A stretch of DNA of 64,000 bases from contig CAWDQF010000001.1 of NCBI GenBank assembly GCA_963804425.1, positions 79,745 through 143,744 on the forward strand, given 5' to 3'. Under the pieces are notes generated by a model. It saw only the letters and a list, made by a program, of their open reading frames with translations. It ran no database searches and was not told the DNA's origin. Numbering within the stretch: position 1 is the first letter of the stretch; every line of letters begins with the position of its first letter. Below, one piece after another: positions 31,246 through 42,500 of the stretch. Source of the DNA: an uncultured Verrucomicrobiae bacterium. GTDB taxonomy: Bacteria > Verrucomicrobiota > Verrucomicrobiia > Chthoniobacterales > JAFAMB01. The translations under genes were made by a program, and so were the position numbers.

Positions 31246-32244
31246 CTAAAAATTAAATTTATCCATGTTATCCTTGGTGCAATCGATCCAGCCGTTTCCG
31301 TAGATTATCTTGTTATTAACCAGTCTGATCTTCTCGTATCCGGGTAATCCGAGGTCCATTCCGTCCGTGACCTTCTTGCCGTTCAGCACCATCACCGCGA
31401 TTTTATTCATGGCATAACCCGCGATCGAAGAATCCCAAAACGAGATCATGCGCACGGCACCGGTCGGCAAATATTTTTTAACCAAAGACGGAACGCCGGT
31501 GCCAACCACCACCACTTTATCCTGGAGGCCCGCCTCCTCTACCGCCAAGCCGCAGCCGGGAGCGTCGGTTGAGGCACTGCCTTGGAACCCCTTGATGTTC
31601 GGATGCGATCGGAGCAGCTCTTTCGCCTTGGCGTAGGAAACTTGCTGATCGTCATTGGTCTCGATCTTGTCCACGGCGAGCTTCATCTTGGGATATTTTT
31701 TCTTTTGGAGAGCGATCGCGCCGTCAGCCCACTCGTTATGGGTTTTGGAAGTGAGGCTTCCGACAAAGACGGCGTACTCCCCTTCGTAGTTCATCCTTTG
31801 GGCGAGGTTTTCCATGATATGTTCGCCGAAGGCGGTGTTATCGAACGCCTCGAGGTCGTAATCTGCGTTCGTGATATTGGACGCTTCATGAGCGATGACC
31901 ACGATGTGATTATCCATCGCCTTTTTCAGGACCGGCTCCATGGCTGGCGGCTGAAAGGGAACGACGCAAATCGCATCGACTTTCTTGGCAATAAGGTCTT
32001 CGATAATTTGGTTTTGTTGCGCAGAGTCGGTCACCGGCGGACCGAGTTGCACAGTTTGATTCCCGGTATCCTGGGCGAATTTTTTCACGCCGGTTTCCAT
32101 GTAGTTGAACCAATTGATGCCACTAATCTTTACGACAGTGGCCAGATTATATTTCTTGTCCTCGGCGGAGCTGCGGGAGACAAAGCCGGTGACAAAAACA
32201 AGACAGACGACAACAAGGGAGGGAACCAAGAATTTTGGTCTCAT
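31246..32244 (-). CDS. Sugar ABC substrate-binding protein (LsrB/RhaS-like family)
   Basis: Signal peptide; VVKISGINWF, QNQIIEDLIAKKVDAICVVP. Confidence 0.9.
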   Translation of the reverse strand: MRPKFLVPSLVVVCLVFVTGFVSRSSAEDKKYNLATVVKISGINWFNYMETGVKKFAQDTGNQTVQLGPPVTDSAQQNQIIEDLIAKKVDAICVVPFQPPAMEPVLKKAMDNHIVVIAHEASNITNADYDLEAFDNTAFGEHIMENLAQRMNYEGEYAVFVGSLTSKTHNEWADGAIALQKKKYPKMKLAVDKIETNDDQQVSYAKAKELLRSHPNIKGFQGSASTDAPGCGLAVEEAGLQDKVVVVGTGVPSLVKKYLPTGAVRMISFWDSSIAGYAMNKIAVMVLNGKKVTDGMDLGLPGYEKIRLVNNKIIYGNGWIDCTKDNMDKFNF

Positions 32245-32397
32245 GATTTTTCTGCGATGTAGTGATTTTTGGGGGGTACTGTAGGGCTACAGATAAGCTC
32301 TGCTTGGAGATTCAGGCAAGCCAGTATCAAGAAAAAGAAAAGGTTTAGAGTGTTTCGACTAGCTCGCAGAGGAGTTTATGGTAAACGCTTTTCAGCC

Positions 32398-33402
32398 GTG
32401 AACCGAGAAGCCGTCCACGCCCCCCCAGACAAAAAATCACGCTCGCTGTCCGAGAATACCCGCTACGTGATTCGGCTCGCGATTTTCACGGCGGTAATCT
32501 TCTTGGTCTTTTGTGCACTTCGACCGGCGGCTTTTCTCTCGGCGGCTAACCTGAGTTCGATGGCCTACCAGCTTCCTGAGTTCGCGATTCTCGCGTTAGC
32601 CATTCACCCAACGATGCTAACCGGAGGAATCGATCTCAGCGTGGTAAGCGTAGCTAACTTGAGTGCCATTATCGCTGCCTTCCTCATGCGTAGTCTGCCC
32701 GAGCAAATTTTTCTGTTAGCCATTCCGGTGGCACTACTGGTCGGGGCGGTCGCGGGAGGTACCAATGGTCTACTGGTTGCTGGTTGCCGGTTGCCAGCCA
32801 TTCTGGCAACGTTGGGAACACTGCAGTTTTTCGCTGGAATTGGGATTATTCTAACGAAAGGCAGCTCAATCACCGGCCTGCCAAGCAGCTATGCCTACGT
32901 TGGTAATGGCGCAGTTTTCGGAATTCCGGTGCCGTTGTTAGTTTTTATTCTGGCGCTCGGCGTGATCTATCTCATCACCGCACGCATGCTAATCGGCAAA
33001 CAGATGCGCCTGTACGGCACCAATTCGCGAGCCGCTCCTTTTGCAGGAATCCCGACTTTTCGCGTGTTGATGCTCACGTATATCCTGAGCGGGATCATGG
33101 CTTCGTGCGCCGGATTGTTGATCCTGGCGCGCGCAAATAGCGCGAATCCAGACTACGGTACTTCCTATCTTCTTTTGGCTGTGCTGATTAATATTCTGGC
33201 GGGAGTAAACCCGAACGGCGGTTCTGGAACCGTCTTGGGCTTGGTGTTGGCCGTACTTTCCCTGCAGTTCTTGTCGAGTGGCCTCAATTTACTTTCAGTG
33301 AACAATTTTGCCCGAGACCTCCTTTACGGCGCGTTACTCGTAACCGTCATGGTCGCGAATCGGCTGCAGCGGCGGATCCATTCGACGCGGGTAAAGACCT
33401 GA
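32398..33402 (+). CDS. Sugar ABC transporter permease (divergent orientation)
   Basis: TGGIDLS, PAILATLGT, LAGVNPNGG. Confidence 0.9.
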   Translation: MNREAVHAPPDKKSRSLSENTRYVIRLAIFTAVIFLVFCALRPAAFLSAANLSSMAYQLPEFAILALAIHPTMLTGGIDLSVVSVANLSAIIAAFLMRSLPEQIFLLAIPVALLVGAVAGGTNGLLVAGCRLPAILATLGTLQFFAGIGIILTKGSSITGLPSSYAYVGNGAVFGIPVPLLVFILALGVIYLITARMLIGKQMRLYGTNSRAAPFAGIPTFRVLMLTYILSGIMASCAGLLILARANSANPDYGTSYLLLAVLINILAGVNPNGGSGTVLGLVLAVLSLQFLSSGLNLLSVNNFARDLLYGALLVTVMVANRLQRRIHSTRVKT

Positions 33403-33491
33403 GGCGGGCAGGTCGGCGGTCCAAGAGGACAAGCCCTGCCAGTTTTCAGCGCGCGGATATTCGCCCGCTGAAAAGTGGGCAAACCAACAAG

Positions 33492-33561
33492 AAGTGTAAC
33501 CTCAACAACAAAAAGTGTTACCTATGTCTTGAACCTGAAGTGTTCCCATGTCCTGACCACA
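33492..33561 (+). mobile_element. Orphan IS end remnant (IS481-like)
   Basis: Three AAGTGTWMCC repeats ending ...ATGTCCTGACCACA; no transposase nearby. Confidence 0.55.
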
Positions 33562-33580
33562 CCGCCGCTCTGGGCATCTG

Positions 33581-34852
33581 CTATTTGCTATCGCGCTGAA
33601 GGCGCGCAGCCAGCTCACAAATTTCCCGGACATGGCGGAATTGCGACGCGTTTACCACCAACTCACGACCGAGTCGAAGCGCATTGCGTTCGCAGCGGGA
33701 GCGAATCTCGGGATCTTTGATGGCTTCAAGATCTTCAACGTGGGCGAGACCCAGAATGCGCCGGATCATCTTCACTCCAGCAAAACCTAGGGTGTCGCAA
33801 AAGAGCTGTTGCATATATCGCCGGCGTTCGGGTTCGAGCGACGAAATCTGCTCGGCAAACAGGGAGGCGTGGTAAGCGTCTCCAGTGGGGTGACGTCGCC
33901 AGAGTTCGAGAAACCGATCGGCGAACTGATTCCATACCTCTTCGACGGTCTGCAGCAACCACGACCGATATTCATTCCGCGCGCCCGGAGCGGGTTCATG
34001 TCCACCCTGAGCGAAGAATGCGAGGAACAGATTCCCAATCACGGCGCCGATGTCGAAACCCATCGGCCCGAAAAAGGCAAACTCCGGATCAATCACCTTG
34101 GTTTCTTCAAGGGTCGCCATGATGGACCCCGAATGGAGATCGCCGTGAAGCAACGCTTCCGCTGAACTCAGAAATTTCAGCTTTAGCCGCTGCGCGGCCA
34201 CCTTCAATTCATCGTCACGGCGGAACGCCTCCGCCATATCATCGAGTTGCGGACTGGTCCATCGATTCAGTTTCGCAATCCGATAAGGATCGGTGAAAAC
34301 CAGGTCTTCCGTGATTTTGCAAAGCTCGATGTTCTCGCAAAAAAGACCAACCCGCCTCTTCTTCGTGGCGGCATCCAGGAATAGGTCGGAGGTCTTGAAG
34401 AGTGTCTGCGCCATGAACTCGGCGATATGCCCAGCAAGTTTTCGATAAACTATCCCTCGGATAAAGCCTTTGCGGAGGATGATGTGCGGCGAGAGGTATT
34501 CCATGACGATCGCAGCAGCGACGTCATCGAAGTGATAAGGTTTTGGCACCAAATGAGGAACGTGACGGACCTCTTCGCACAGCGCCTCGTGCTCAAAGAA
34601 GCTTCGGCGTAAAGGGAGGAGCCAGGCCTCGCCGACGATTCTCAGGTACGGTAGAGCCTGCTTGACGATCACTGCCTGGCCGGAACCGCGCACGATAAAT
34701 ACTTGATTCAGATTGCCGTCACCAACCTCGTTGGCTCGCCAAACCGTGCGGTCGGAGCCGAGGAGTTCGCACACGGCCGGAATCGAGTGAACAAAATCGA
34801 GGACGGAACGTTCATTTAGCGGAGCGTACCCATCAGGGATTATCTGGCTCAT
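33581..34852 (-). CDS. mtnK: S-methyl-5-thioribose kinase
   Basis: EVGDGNLN, VKQALPY, HGDLHSGS, DPEFAF, RRILGLAHVED. Confidence 0.95.
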   Translation of the reverse strand: MSQIIPDGYAPLNERSVLDFVHSIPAVCELLGSDRTVWRANEVGDGNLNQVFIVRGSGQAVIVKQALPYLRIVGEAWLLPLRRSFFEHEALCEEVRHVPHLVPKPYHFDDVAAAIVMEYLSPHIILRKGFIRGIVYRKLAGHIAEFMAQTLFKTSDLFLDAATKKRRVGLFCENIELCKITEDLVFTDPYRIAKLNRWTSPQLDDMAEAFRRDDELKVAAQRLKLKFLSSAEALLHGDLHSGSIMATLEETKVIDPEFAFFGPMGFDIGAVIGNLFLAFFAQGGHEPAPGARNEYRSWLLQTVEEVWNQFADRFLELWRRHPTGDAYHASLFAEQISSLEPERRRYMQQLFCDTLGFAGVKMIRRILGLAHVEDLEAIKDPEIRSRCERNALRLGRELVVNASQFRHVREICELAARLQRDSK

Positions 34853-34938
34853 TTTGGGGCGAATGTTGATGACCAGCCGATAGCAAATTTGGCTATCGGC
34901 TATTGGCTATCGGCCATTTCACTGTATTCCTTTTATCC

Positions 34939-35430
34939 ATGTACCCCAGACCGATCAATCACATTGGCCTTACTGTGGAAAATCTTGAGGAAGGTATTCG
35001 CTGGTATCAGGAGATTCTCGGCTTTGAAGTTCTCATGGGTCCTTTGGATGTCACTGTGGATGATTCACTGCTCGGCGAACTGCTGCGCGACTTTTTTGAT
35101 CCACAACTCAAACGACTAAAGATGTGTCATATGACTACCGGGAATGGCGTTGGATTTGAACTTTTCGAATTTGTCGAACCGCGCTCTCGGCGGCCGGCCA
35201 ACGACTTCGAGTATATGCGCGGCGGTTTTTACCACATCTGCGTTACCGACCCGGACATCGAAGGTCTGGTAAAGAAGATCGTCGAGTCGGGTGGTTGCCA
35301 ACGTGGTGCGATTCGGGACCCTTACCCGGGTTCTTATTTCCGTGCCGCCTATTGTCACGACCCATTTGGCAATATCATCGAAGTGCTTTCCCGCTCCTGG
35401 GAACAGATGCAGAGCAACCGGGACCGGTGA
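34939..35430 (+). CDS. VOC family (lactoylglutathione lyase-like) protein
   Basis: NHIGLTV, GFELFEF, HICVTDPD, DPFGNIIE. Confidence 0.88.
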   Translation: MYPRPINHIGLTVENLEEGIRWYQEILGFEVLMGPLDVTVDDSLLGELLRDFFDPQLKRLKMCHMTTGNGVGFELFEFVEPRSRRPANDFEYMRGGFYHICVTDPDIEGLVKKIVESGGCQRGAIRDPYPGSYFRAAYCHDPFGNIIEVLSRSWEQMQSNRDR

Positions 35431-35500
35431 ATGACGACCGATGGCAAATCGCAGATAGCCAAAATCTACTGTTTGCTATTGGCTATTGGTCATCGCCCTT

Positions 35501-36271
35501 ATGCCTACGATCGCTCAATCTGTCTCCTGGTGGTGTTTCGTTCCCGAGAAGCTGACTCCGAAAGAGTTTGTTCGGGCATCCGCTGATGCCGGTTATGTCG
35601 CGCTGGATCTAGTGCCGCCCGAGTACTTCTCTTTGGTGGCCGAGCACGAATTGAAGATTGCCGCCATCGCTGGCCACGAGTCTTTAACTGTGGGACTCAA
35701 CAAACGAAGTCAGCACAGCCGCATCAAAAAGGAGGTAGAGGCAAAGCTGGCTGATGCAGTCCGCCATCGGATTCCTAACCTGATCTGTTTTAGCGGAAAC
35801 CGGGACAGCCTAGGAGACGACGAAGGTGCAGATATTACGGCAGAGGGTTTGACTTTGTTAGCTCCGCTAGCCGAACGAGAAGGCATCACGCTTATCCTGG
35901 AACTGCTGAATAGTAAGATTGACCATCCGGACTATCAGGCAGATCGCACGGCGTGGGGTGTCTCGGTATGCCTAAAGGTGAACTCACCGCGAGTGAAGCT
36001 CCTATACGATATCTATCACATGCAAATTATGGAAGGAGATGTCATCCGCACGATTGAAACGTCTCATCCCTGGATCGCTCACTATCACACGGCCGGCAAT
36101 CCTGGTCGAAACGATTTGGACGACGAGCAAGAGATAAACTATCCCGCCATTTTACGAGCGATTAAGGAGACCGGGTACGATGGCTATATTGCTCACGAAT
36201 TCATTCCGAAAGGTGACGCGATTGCTGCGCTGAAAAATACATTTAGACGGTGCGCGTTGATTTTGGAATGA
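35501..36271 (+). CDS. Hydroxypyruvate isomerase-family TIM barrel
   Basis: [29 protein letters not shown]. Confidence 0.9.
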   Translation: MPTIAQSVSWWCFVPEKLTPKEFVRASADAGYVALDLVPPEYFSLVAEHELKIAAIAGHESLTVGLNKRSQHSRIKKEVEAKLADAVRHRIPNLICFSGNRDSLGDDEGADITAEGLTLLAPLAEREGITLILELLNSKIDHPDYQADRTAWGVSVCLKVNSPRVKLLYDIYHMQIMEGDVIRTIETSHPWIAHYHTAGNPGRNDLDDEQEINYPAILRAIKETGYDGYIAHEFIPKGDAIAALKNTFRRCALILE

Positions 36272-36333
36272 AATCCGGTATACGCCAATAGTTATCCTGA
36301 CTATTTCCGCGCCTTCACCTCATTCAGGATCTT

Positions 36334-36864
36334 ATGTCTCGTGCACTTCTTATTTCCGCGCTGATCTCTCTGGCCTTCTGGCACGTAGCCCCGGCTCGCG
36401 AGCCTGAGGCGGCCCAAACCATCGAAGAGCTCGAGGTCGGTATTCAGAATAAGTCGCCCGCAACGTACTTTGCTCTGGCTACCGAACTCTATCGCAAAGG
36501 GGAGAAGGAGGCTGCGAGCTTCTGGTATTATGTGGGCGAGGTGCGCTACCGGTTTCTTTTGTTGGCAAGAGCAAAAAGTTCCGAGGCCTCTGACGAACAA
36601 GCTCATTTTTGGTTTTTGTCTGAGAGCGTGGGACGATCGATTTACGAAAAAGCTGACCAACGCTCGGCAGTTCTCATGCGAGCAATCGATCGCGCGCTGG
36701 CCTGGGATCTCGAACAACCCAATGGCTATACTTCAAAGGCTGCGTTCAGAGCAGAGTACGAAAGAGCCCGGCAGGAACTCTTGGGATTGCGGCAACGGAT
36801 CAATGAAGACGCGGCAGGATTTACCGCGGGGCGCAAGGGTATTCGAGATATTTTGTCGTGGTAG
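36334..36864 (+). CDS. Secreted helical hypothetical protein
   Basis: Signal peptide; 176-aa ORF co-oriented with neighbours. Confidence 0.7.
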   Translation: MSRALLISALISLAFWHVAPAREPEAAQTIEELEVGIQNKSPATYFALATELYRKGEKEAASFWYYVGEVRYRFLLLARAKSSEASDEQAHFWFLSESVGRSIYEKADQRSAVLMRAIDRALAWDLEQPNGYTSKAAFRAEYERARQELLGLRQRINEDAAGFTAGRKGIRDILSW

Positions 36865-36881
36865 TTCGAACGCTTCGAATC

Positions 36882-36955
36882 AACCGCGAATAGACGCGAA
36901 TACACACGAATAATTACTTCCCCTCATTCGTGTCCATTAGCGTCTATTCGCGGTT
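36882..36955. repeat. Intergenic palindrome
   Basis: AACCGCGAATAGACGC...GCGTCTATTCGCGGTT; related half-site near 17843-17872. Confidence 0.65.
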
Positions 36956-37119
36956 CCAAATTCGAGAGATTGCTATTCGTACCATCAAATTAATTGTTTG
37001 CCGGCTCCCTGGACGGGCCCACTGCGTGTGCCATTCCGACGTATCGCCATTATGATTTTGACACTGCCGGCAAATCATCCAGGGTAGCGGCACTCGAGGT
37101 TTTCAGTGAACCTTTTCTT

Positions 37120-37809
37120 ATGGATGACCCGTCTATCCCCACCTCTTCGGTAGGCTCGTCGGAGATCGATCCCAATCGGCGTCCAATCAAGATGCGTTCA
37201 GCGCGATGGGCGCAGACGTTGGCTGCTACTTGCGTGAAGTTGGGGATCAGCCCGAATCAAGTTTCTCTATTCAGTGTGGTCTGCGGTTTAGCGGGAGCGG
37301 CAGTATTTATCGGTGAGGCGTTCGGTTGGGGATCGCCGTGGTTCCTGCTTGGCGCTGCTGCCTGCGTTCAGTTGCGCTTGCTCGCAAACATGCTGGACGG
37401 TCTCATCGCTGTGGAAGGCGGACGCCAAACCAAAACGGGAGAGCTCTATAATGAGATCCCGGATCGGATTGCTGATGTGCTTTTCTTGGCTTCAGCCGGC
37501 TACGCATCCCATCATGCCGCTTGGGGCGTCGGAATGGGTTGGAGCGCCGCCGTACTGGCAATAGGTACAGCTTATATCCGGGCGCTGGGGGCTCGACGGG
37601 GGACAGCGCAAGACTTTGGTGGTCCGGTGGCGAAACAGCAAAGGATGTTCTTGCTGACGGTAGGCTGTCTTTTGGCGGCCGGAGAATACTTCGTGGGCTG
37701 GCCTCGGCAATCGCTGTTTTGGATTCTGGTTCTTATTAATCTCGGAACGCTTGTCACCTGCGTCCGGCGCACATTGCATTTGGCGCAAAGGTTGGAGGCG
37801 GCTTCGTGA
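37120..37809 (+). CDS. CDP-alcohol phosphatidyltransferase (YnbA-like)
   Basis: ISPNQVS, LDGLIA...GELYNEIPDRIAD. Confidence 0.9.
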   Translation: MDDPSIPTSSVGSSEIDPNRRPIKMRSARWAQTLAATCVKLGISPNQVSLFSVVCGLAGAAVFIGEAFGWGSPWFLLGAAACVQLRLLANMLDGLIAVEGGRQTKTGELYNEIPDRIADVLFLASAGYASHHAAWGVGMGWSAAVLAIGTAYIRALGARRGTAQDFGGPVAKQQRMFLLTVGCLLAAGEYFVGWPRQSLFWILVLINLGTLVTCVRRTLHLAQRLEAAS

Positions 37810-38408
37810 TCGCCGGATTGCTGGCGGCTTTTATCCGTCTCTTTACGGGGGTGCAGGCGCGTTGGGTCGGATGTGCTCCGGATGAAACCCGCCGTATCTA
37901 TTTCGCGAACCACACCAGTAATTTCGATTTTCTGGTGCTCTGGGCGGTCCTGCCGGTGGAAACACGGAAACGAACGCGGCCAGTAGCCGCGAGCGATTAC
38001 TGGCGGGGTGGAAGATTGCGTCTTTTTTTAGCAGAATCGGTTTTTCGCGGGGTTTTGATTGAGCGCAAGAAAGTGACGCGCGCCAACAATCCGATGAATC
38101 AACTCGTTCCGGTAGTATCCAACGGCGAGTCGCTGATTATTTTCCCGGAAGGCGGCAGAACGACTGAGCCAGAGATGCGGCCGTTCAAGAGCGGGCTTTA
38201 TTATCTGGGCAAAGCTGTGCCTGATGTAGATCTCGTCCCGGTTTACATCGACAATGCTAGTCGGGTCCTACCAAAGGGTGAACTCTTGCCGCTCCCGCTC
38301 TTGTGCTCGGTGATTTTTGGGGAGCCGTTACGCTTGCAAAAGAATGAATCGAAAGAGGCGTTTCTCACCCGGGCGCGAGCGGCGGTGGAAGGCCTAGTTG
38401 ACCTATGA
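37806..38408 (+). CDS. Lysophospholipid acyltransferase
   Basis: NHTSNFD (HX4D), FPEGGR. Confidence 0.92.
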   Translation: MIAGLLAAFIRLFTGVQARWVGCAPDETRRIYFANHTSNFDFLVLWAVLPVETRKRTRPVAASDYWRGGRLRLFLAESVFRGVLIERKKVTRANNPMNQLVPVVSNGESLIIFPEGGRTTEPEMRPFKSGLYYLGKAVPDVDLVPVYIDNASRVLPKGELLPLPLLCSVIFGEPLRLQKNESKEAFLTRARAAVEGLVDL

Positions 38409-39358
38409 ATCTGCTGAGCGCCGATCGGGAAATGCAACTGTTGACGGCTGGAATCTTGGCCGTGTTAACCGTGGCTTCAGTCATTGGTTTTATCCTGCAT
38501 CTCCAAGTAAAGAGCGAGAAAGGAAGAGAGGTAATAGCGAACCTCAATGCGCGCATCAAAGCGTGGTGGGTGATGACCATTGTTTTCTTTCTGGCACTAG
38601 CCACCGGCGGCATCGGCTCGGTGATTCTCTTCGGGCTGATCTCTTTTCTCGCGCTTCGCGAATACATCACGTTGACGCCAACCCATCGGGCCGATCATCG
38701 AGCCCTGTTCTGGGCCTTCTTTATCATCACACCGCTGCAATATGTGCTCCTGGCGTTCCAACGTTATGGCATCGCCGTGATCATGATTCCGGTCTACGCC
38801 TACTTGTTTATTCCTATCCGCAACGTGATTGCGGGAGAGTACCAAGATTTTCTAGCCCGCAATTCGAAGATCCAATGGGGCTTAATGATTTGCGTCTATT
38901 TCGTGAGTTACGCACCCGCCTTACTGCTGCTGCACGTTCCGGGAAGGGAAGGGCAGAATGGGAAGCTGCTCTACTTCCTGGTCTGCGTGACTCAGTTGAG
39001 CGATGTGCTTCAGTATGTCTTCGGGAAATGTTTCGGACGGCATAAAATCGCGCCCAATATTAGTCCCAACAAAACAGTAGAAGGGTTTGTTGGCGGAGTG
39101 TTGGGAGCGGTGCTCGTCGGAACCGGCTTGTGGTGGATCACGCCCTTTGCCTGGTGGCAAGCTTCGTTGATGGCACTGGTGATCGCGCTAATGGGCTTTT
39201 TCGGAGGCCTCGTCATGTCAGCGATCAAACGCGATCGCGGGGTCAAGGATTACGGGGCAATGATTCCAGGGCATGGCGGGATCCTGGATCGTATCGATTC
39301 TCTCTGCTTCGCCGCACCGGTTTTTTTTCACGTCACGCGTTATTACTTCGCTTCGTGA
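38405..39358 (+). CDS. Phosphatidate cytidylyltransferase (YnbB-like)
   Basis: ISPNKTVEG, IKRDRGVKDYG, PGHGGILDRIDS. Confidence 0.93.
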   Translation: MNLLSADREMQLLTAGILAVLTVASVIGFILHLQVKSEKGREVIANLNARIKAWWVMTIVFFLALATGGIGSVILFGLISFLALREYITLTPTHRADHRALFWAFFIITPLQYVLLAFQRYGIAVIMIPVYAYLFIPIRNVIAGEYQDFLARNSKIQWGLMICVYFVSYAPALLLLHVPGREGQNGKLLYFLVCVTQLSDVLQYVFGKCFGRHKIAPNISPNKTVEGFVGGVLGAVLVGTGLWWITPFAWWQASLMALVIALMGFFGGLVMSAIKRDRGVKDYGAMIPGHGGILDRIDSLCFAAPVFFHVTRYYFAS

Positions 39359-39564
39359 GGATTTTTGGGAGCGTTCCGACCGGCTAGTCGTTCGCCCCGG
39401 AATCCAAACCCTGTCCCAACTAGCTGCACACCGATTCGCCTTCTCGGCAAAATCTTGAATCGTGCGCGGCCAATTGCTAACCTCGGCGCCGATTTCCGAT
39501 AGAGTCTAAATTTTTGGCGCGCGTTCTCGTCTATCAACCAACTATTCCGATCCGGCAAAAAACT

Positions 39565-42500
39565 ATGGATCAAGCAACCACTCCCGCCGTGGGAAAATCG
39601 GAAATGCAGAGATTGCCGCACGCAGTGTTTATCTGCCATGCGAGCCAGGACAAGAAGGTGGCCGATGGCGCTTGCGCCGCCTTGGAATCGGATGGCGTCC
39701 GCTGTTGGATAGCTCCGCGCGATATGCTGGCGGGCCGACCCTATGCTGCCCAGATCACCGAAGCAATCCGTAGCGCGCAAATACTCGTGCTGATACTGAG
39801 CCGGGAATCGAACCGCTCCAAACAGGCGCTAAGGGAAGTAGAACGCGCCATTCATTGCCAATTGCAGGTGCTGACCTTCCGGGTCGAGCAAATTGAACCA
39901 AACGATGACTTGGCTTTCTTTCTCTCGGCCGATCATTGTGTCGAAGCGTCGTCTGGCCCGTCAGAAATCTACTGTCCGGCACTGTTGCGCCAGACGATAA
40001 CCCTTTTGCAGGCCAGACCGGAGATCGCAGAAGGGAGCGAACCTGCACCGCCAGAGATTTACGGTAATTTCCGAATCCTGCGTCGTTCGGACGGTTCTCT
40101 TTTCCGGTTAGGCAAGGGAGGTATGGGCGTCACCTGGAAGGCGATCGACGTTAATCTGGATCGTCCAGTCGCGTTGAAGGTCATCGGAGTCGATCTCTTA
40201 AACAGTACGCAGGCCCGCAGCCGTTTTCTAAGGGAGGCCCAAGCCGCCGCCAAGATGCATCATCCGCATGTCGCCACGGTTCACCATTTTGGGCAGGAGG
40301 GAGATGCCTACTTCTACGCCATGGAGTTTGTCGAAGGGGAAGACTTGGAACGCTACGTCGCTAGGCACGGACCACTCTCGCCTGCGATGGCGTTGCAGGT
40401 GGTGCTGCAGGTCGCGCAAGCCCTGGAAGCTGCCCATTCGTATCAGCTCATTCATAGGGACATCAAGCCGGCCAACATCATGGCCACCGTGAATCGAGCC
40501 GGGAGTTTGGAAGTCAAACTGGTCGATTTCGGTCTTGCTAAGGGCGCTGGGGCCAAAGACTTTGATATGGCGCGCATCACTCGGTCACAGGATTTTGTGG
40601 GCAGCCCAGCCTTTGCCAGCCCTGAGCAGTGCGAAATGGGAGAGCTGGATACGAGGTCAGACATCTACTCGCTTGGCGTCACCCTCTGGTATTTGCTCAC
40701 CGGGAAACGTCCGTTCACAGGAACCGTGGGCCAAGTCATGATCGCGCATGCCGTACAGCCCCCTCCGTTCGAACAGTTGAATGAGGTATCGGAGCCGGTG
40801 TTGGAGCTGCTCAAGCAAATGTTGGCCAAGAACCCGGAGGAGCGACCGCAGTCGCCGCAGGAATTGCAAACCGCGGTGGTAGCCGCGGCCGCTCGACTAG
40901 CGACGGAGTTCAATGCGGTACCGGAGCGAATTCCCGTGGAAGCGGCGCGAGAGGAGCTCCCGTCCGACCGCACATTTGAATGGGATGGAGCCGGTGAACC
41001 GGAACAGCTCTACACAATCGCCTCTCCGCTCTTCGATGGCTACCTGAGCCTCGAGCTGGGAAGTCTCGTGGGCGATCGCTACCGACTAGTCGAGGAGGAA
41101 CGAGAAGGCACAGGCGGCCGATTTTTCCTCGCTCAGGATGAAAAGCCAACCGGTAGTAAACCATTCCAGGTGGGGCTGAAAATAGTACATCCCGGGGTCA
41201 TAGCAGACCCCGGTCTGCTTGATCTGATGGAAAACGAACTCGGGGTGATCGGCAGATCGCCCCATCCGCACGTGGTCAAATACGTCGGTTTGGAACGGAA
41301 GTACCAAACTCCATTCATCATTAGGGAATGGGTCCACGGCTTTCTGATGTACGACCTGTTGCGGTGGCGTGGTTCTTTCCGGGCGGCTGAGCTCCAGATC
41401 TTACTCGAGCCATTGGCCGCTACTCTAGATTTCGTTTCTGGGCAAGGGTTCGGTCTAGTCGAAGTGAGTGTGCGCAAGATCCTCGTGGTATGCCCAGAGG
41501 ATTTGCATCCGGATCGCTTTGCGGACTTCGCTCGTCGCGATGTGCGCGAGTGGAATCACTGCACACTGAAGCTGAACCCTTTGAGTATCGCACCGCTACT
41601 CTATCGCAGGCGGGCCAATAGACCTCAGCAGACGCTCGTTCCTACCAGCCAGGTGCTGTCATTGACCCAGGCCGAAGCTGGCGTCCGCGGTATTAAAGTA
41701 GTCCGCCTCTACGGGCGGCTCGTGTACGAACTGTTGAGTGGACATGCTCCGGTGCGTGGCGACTCGCAAAGATACTCGCCGTTGTCGGAGTTGAACGAAG
41801 GGGGCAACGCGACGCTACGGAGCGCTTGCATTGAGGGCCGCCAATCGGAAGCTTTTCGCAGCTGCACGGAATTCTGGAATGCGTTAAAGGAGAACCTGGC
41901 AGCCCGGTCTTGCGCCTCCACCGTACCGGTATCTCCATCAACCATTTCTGCTCCGGCCGCGCCAGCGTCTTTGCCGCCCACACCGTCCGCGCCGACGTCG
42001 TCTCCTGCGGCCACGCCACCTCCGAAACGAAATCTGATCGTCGGATCGATTCTTGGCGGAGCGCTGATCATCGGGTTGGCGATTTTTGCTGCGATCCGCT
42101 TTGGTGGCACCGGATCAAGTCCTGCCTCGACGGCGACCCCCACACCGGTTCAAGAGATTTCTACACCAGTACCCACGCCTACGCCTGCAGCACCGGCGAC
42201 CACGCCTATACCATCGACGCCCACGCCCGTACCATCGACACCCACGCCTATACCATCGACGCCCACGCCCGTACCATCGACACCCGCGCCCGTACCATCG
42301 ACACCCGCGCCCGTACCATCGACACCCGCGCCCGTACCATCGACACCCGCGCCCGTACCATCGACACCCGCGCCCGTACCATCGACACCCGCGCCCGTAC
42401 CATCGACACCCGCGCCTATACCATCGACACCCGCGCCTATACCATCGACGCCCAGCCCAATACCACCGACCCCAGTAGTAGACCCGGTCCGACAAGCAGA

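Noticed and set aside
34870-35490. GGCTATC/GGCTATT heptamer runs (also near 33580, 47270, 56080)
   Set aside because: Short dispersed intergenic repeats with no locus-specific structure.
42211-42462. Possible CRISPR array
   Set aside because: The units are contiguous with no spacers and are in frame within a protein; no cas genes are present.
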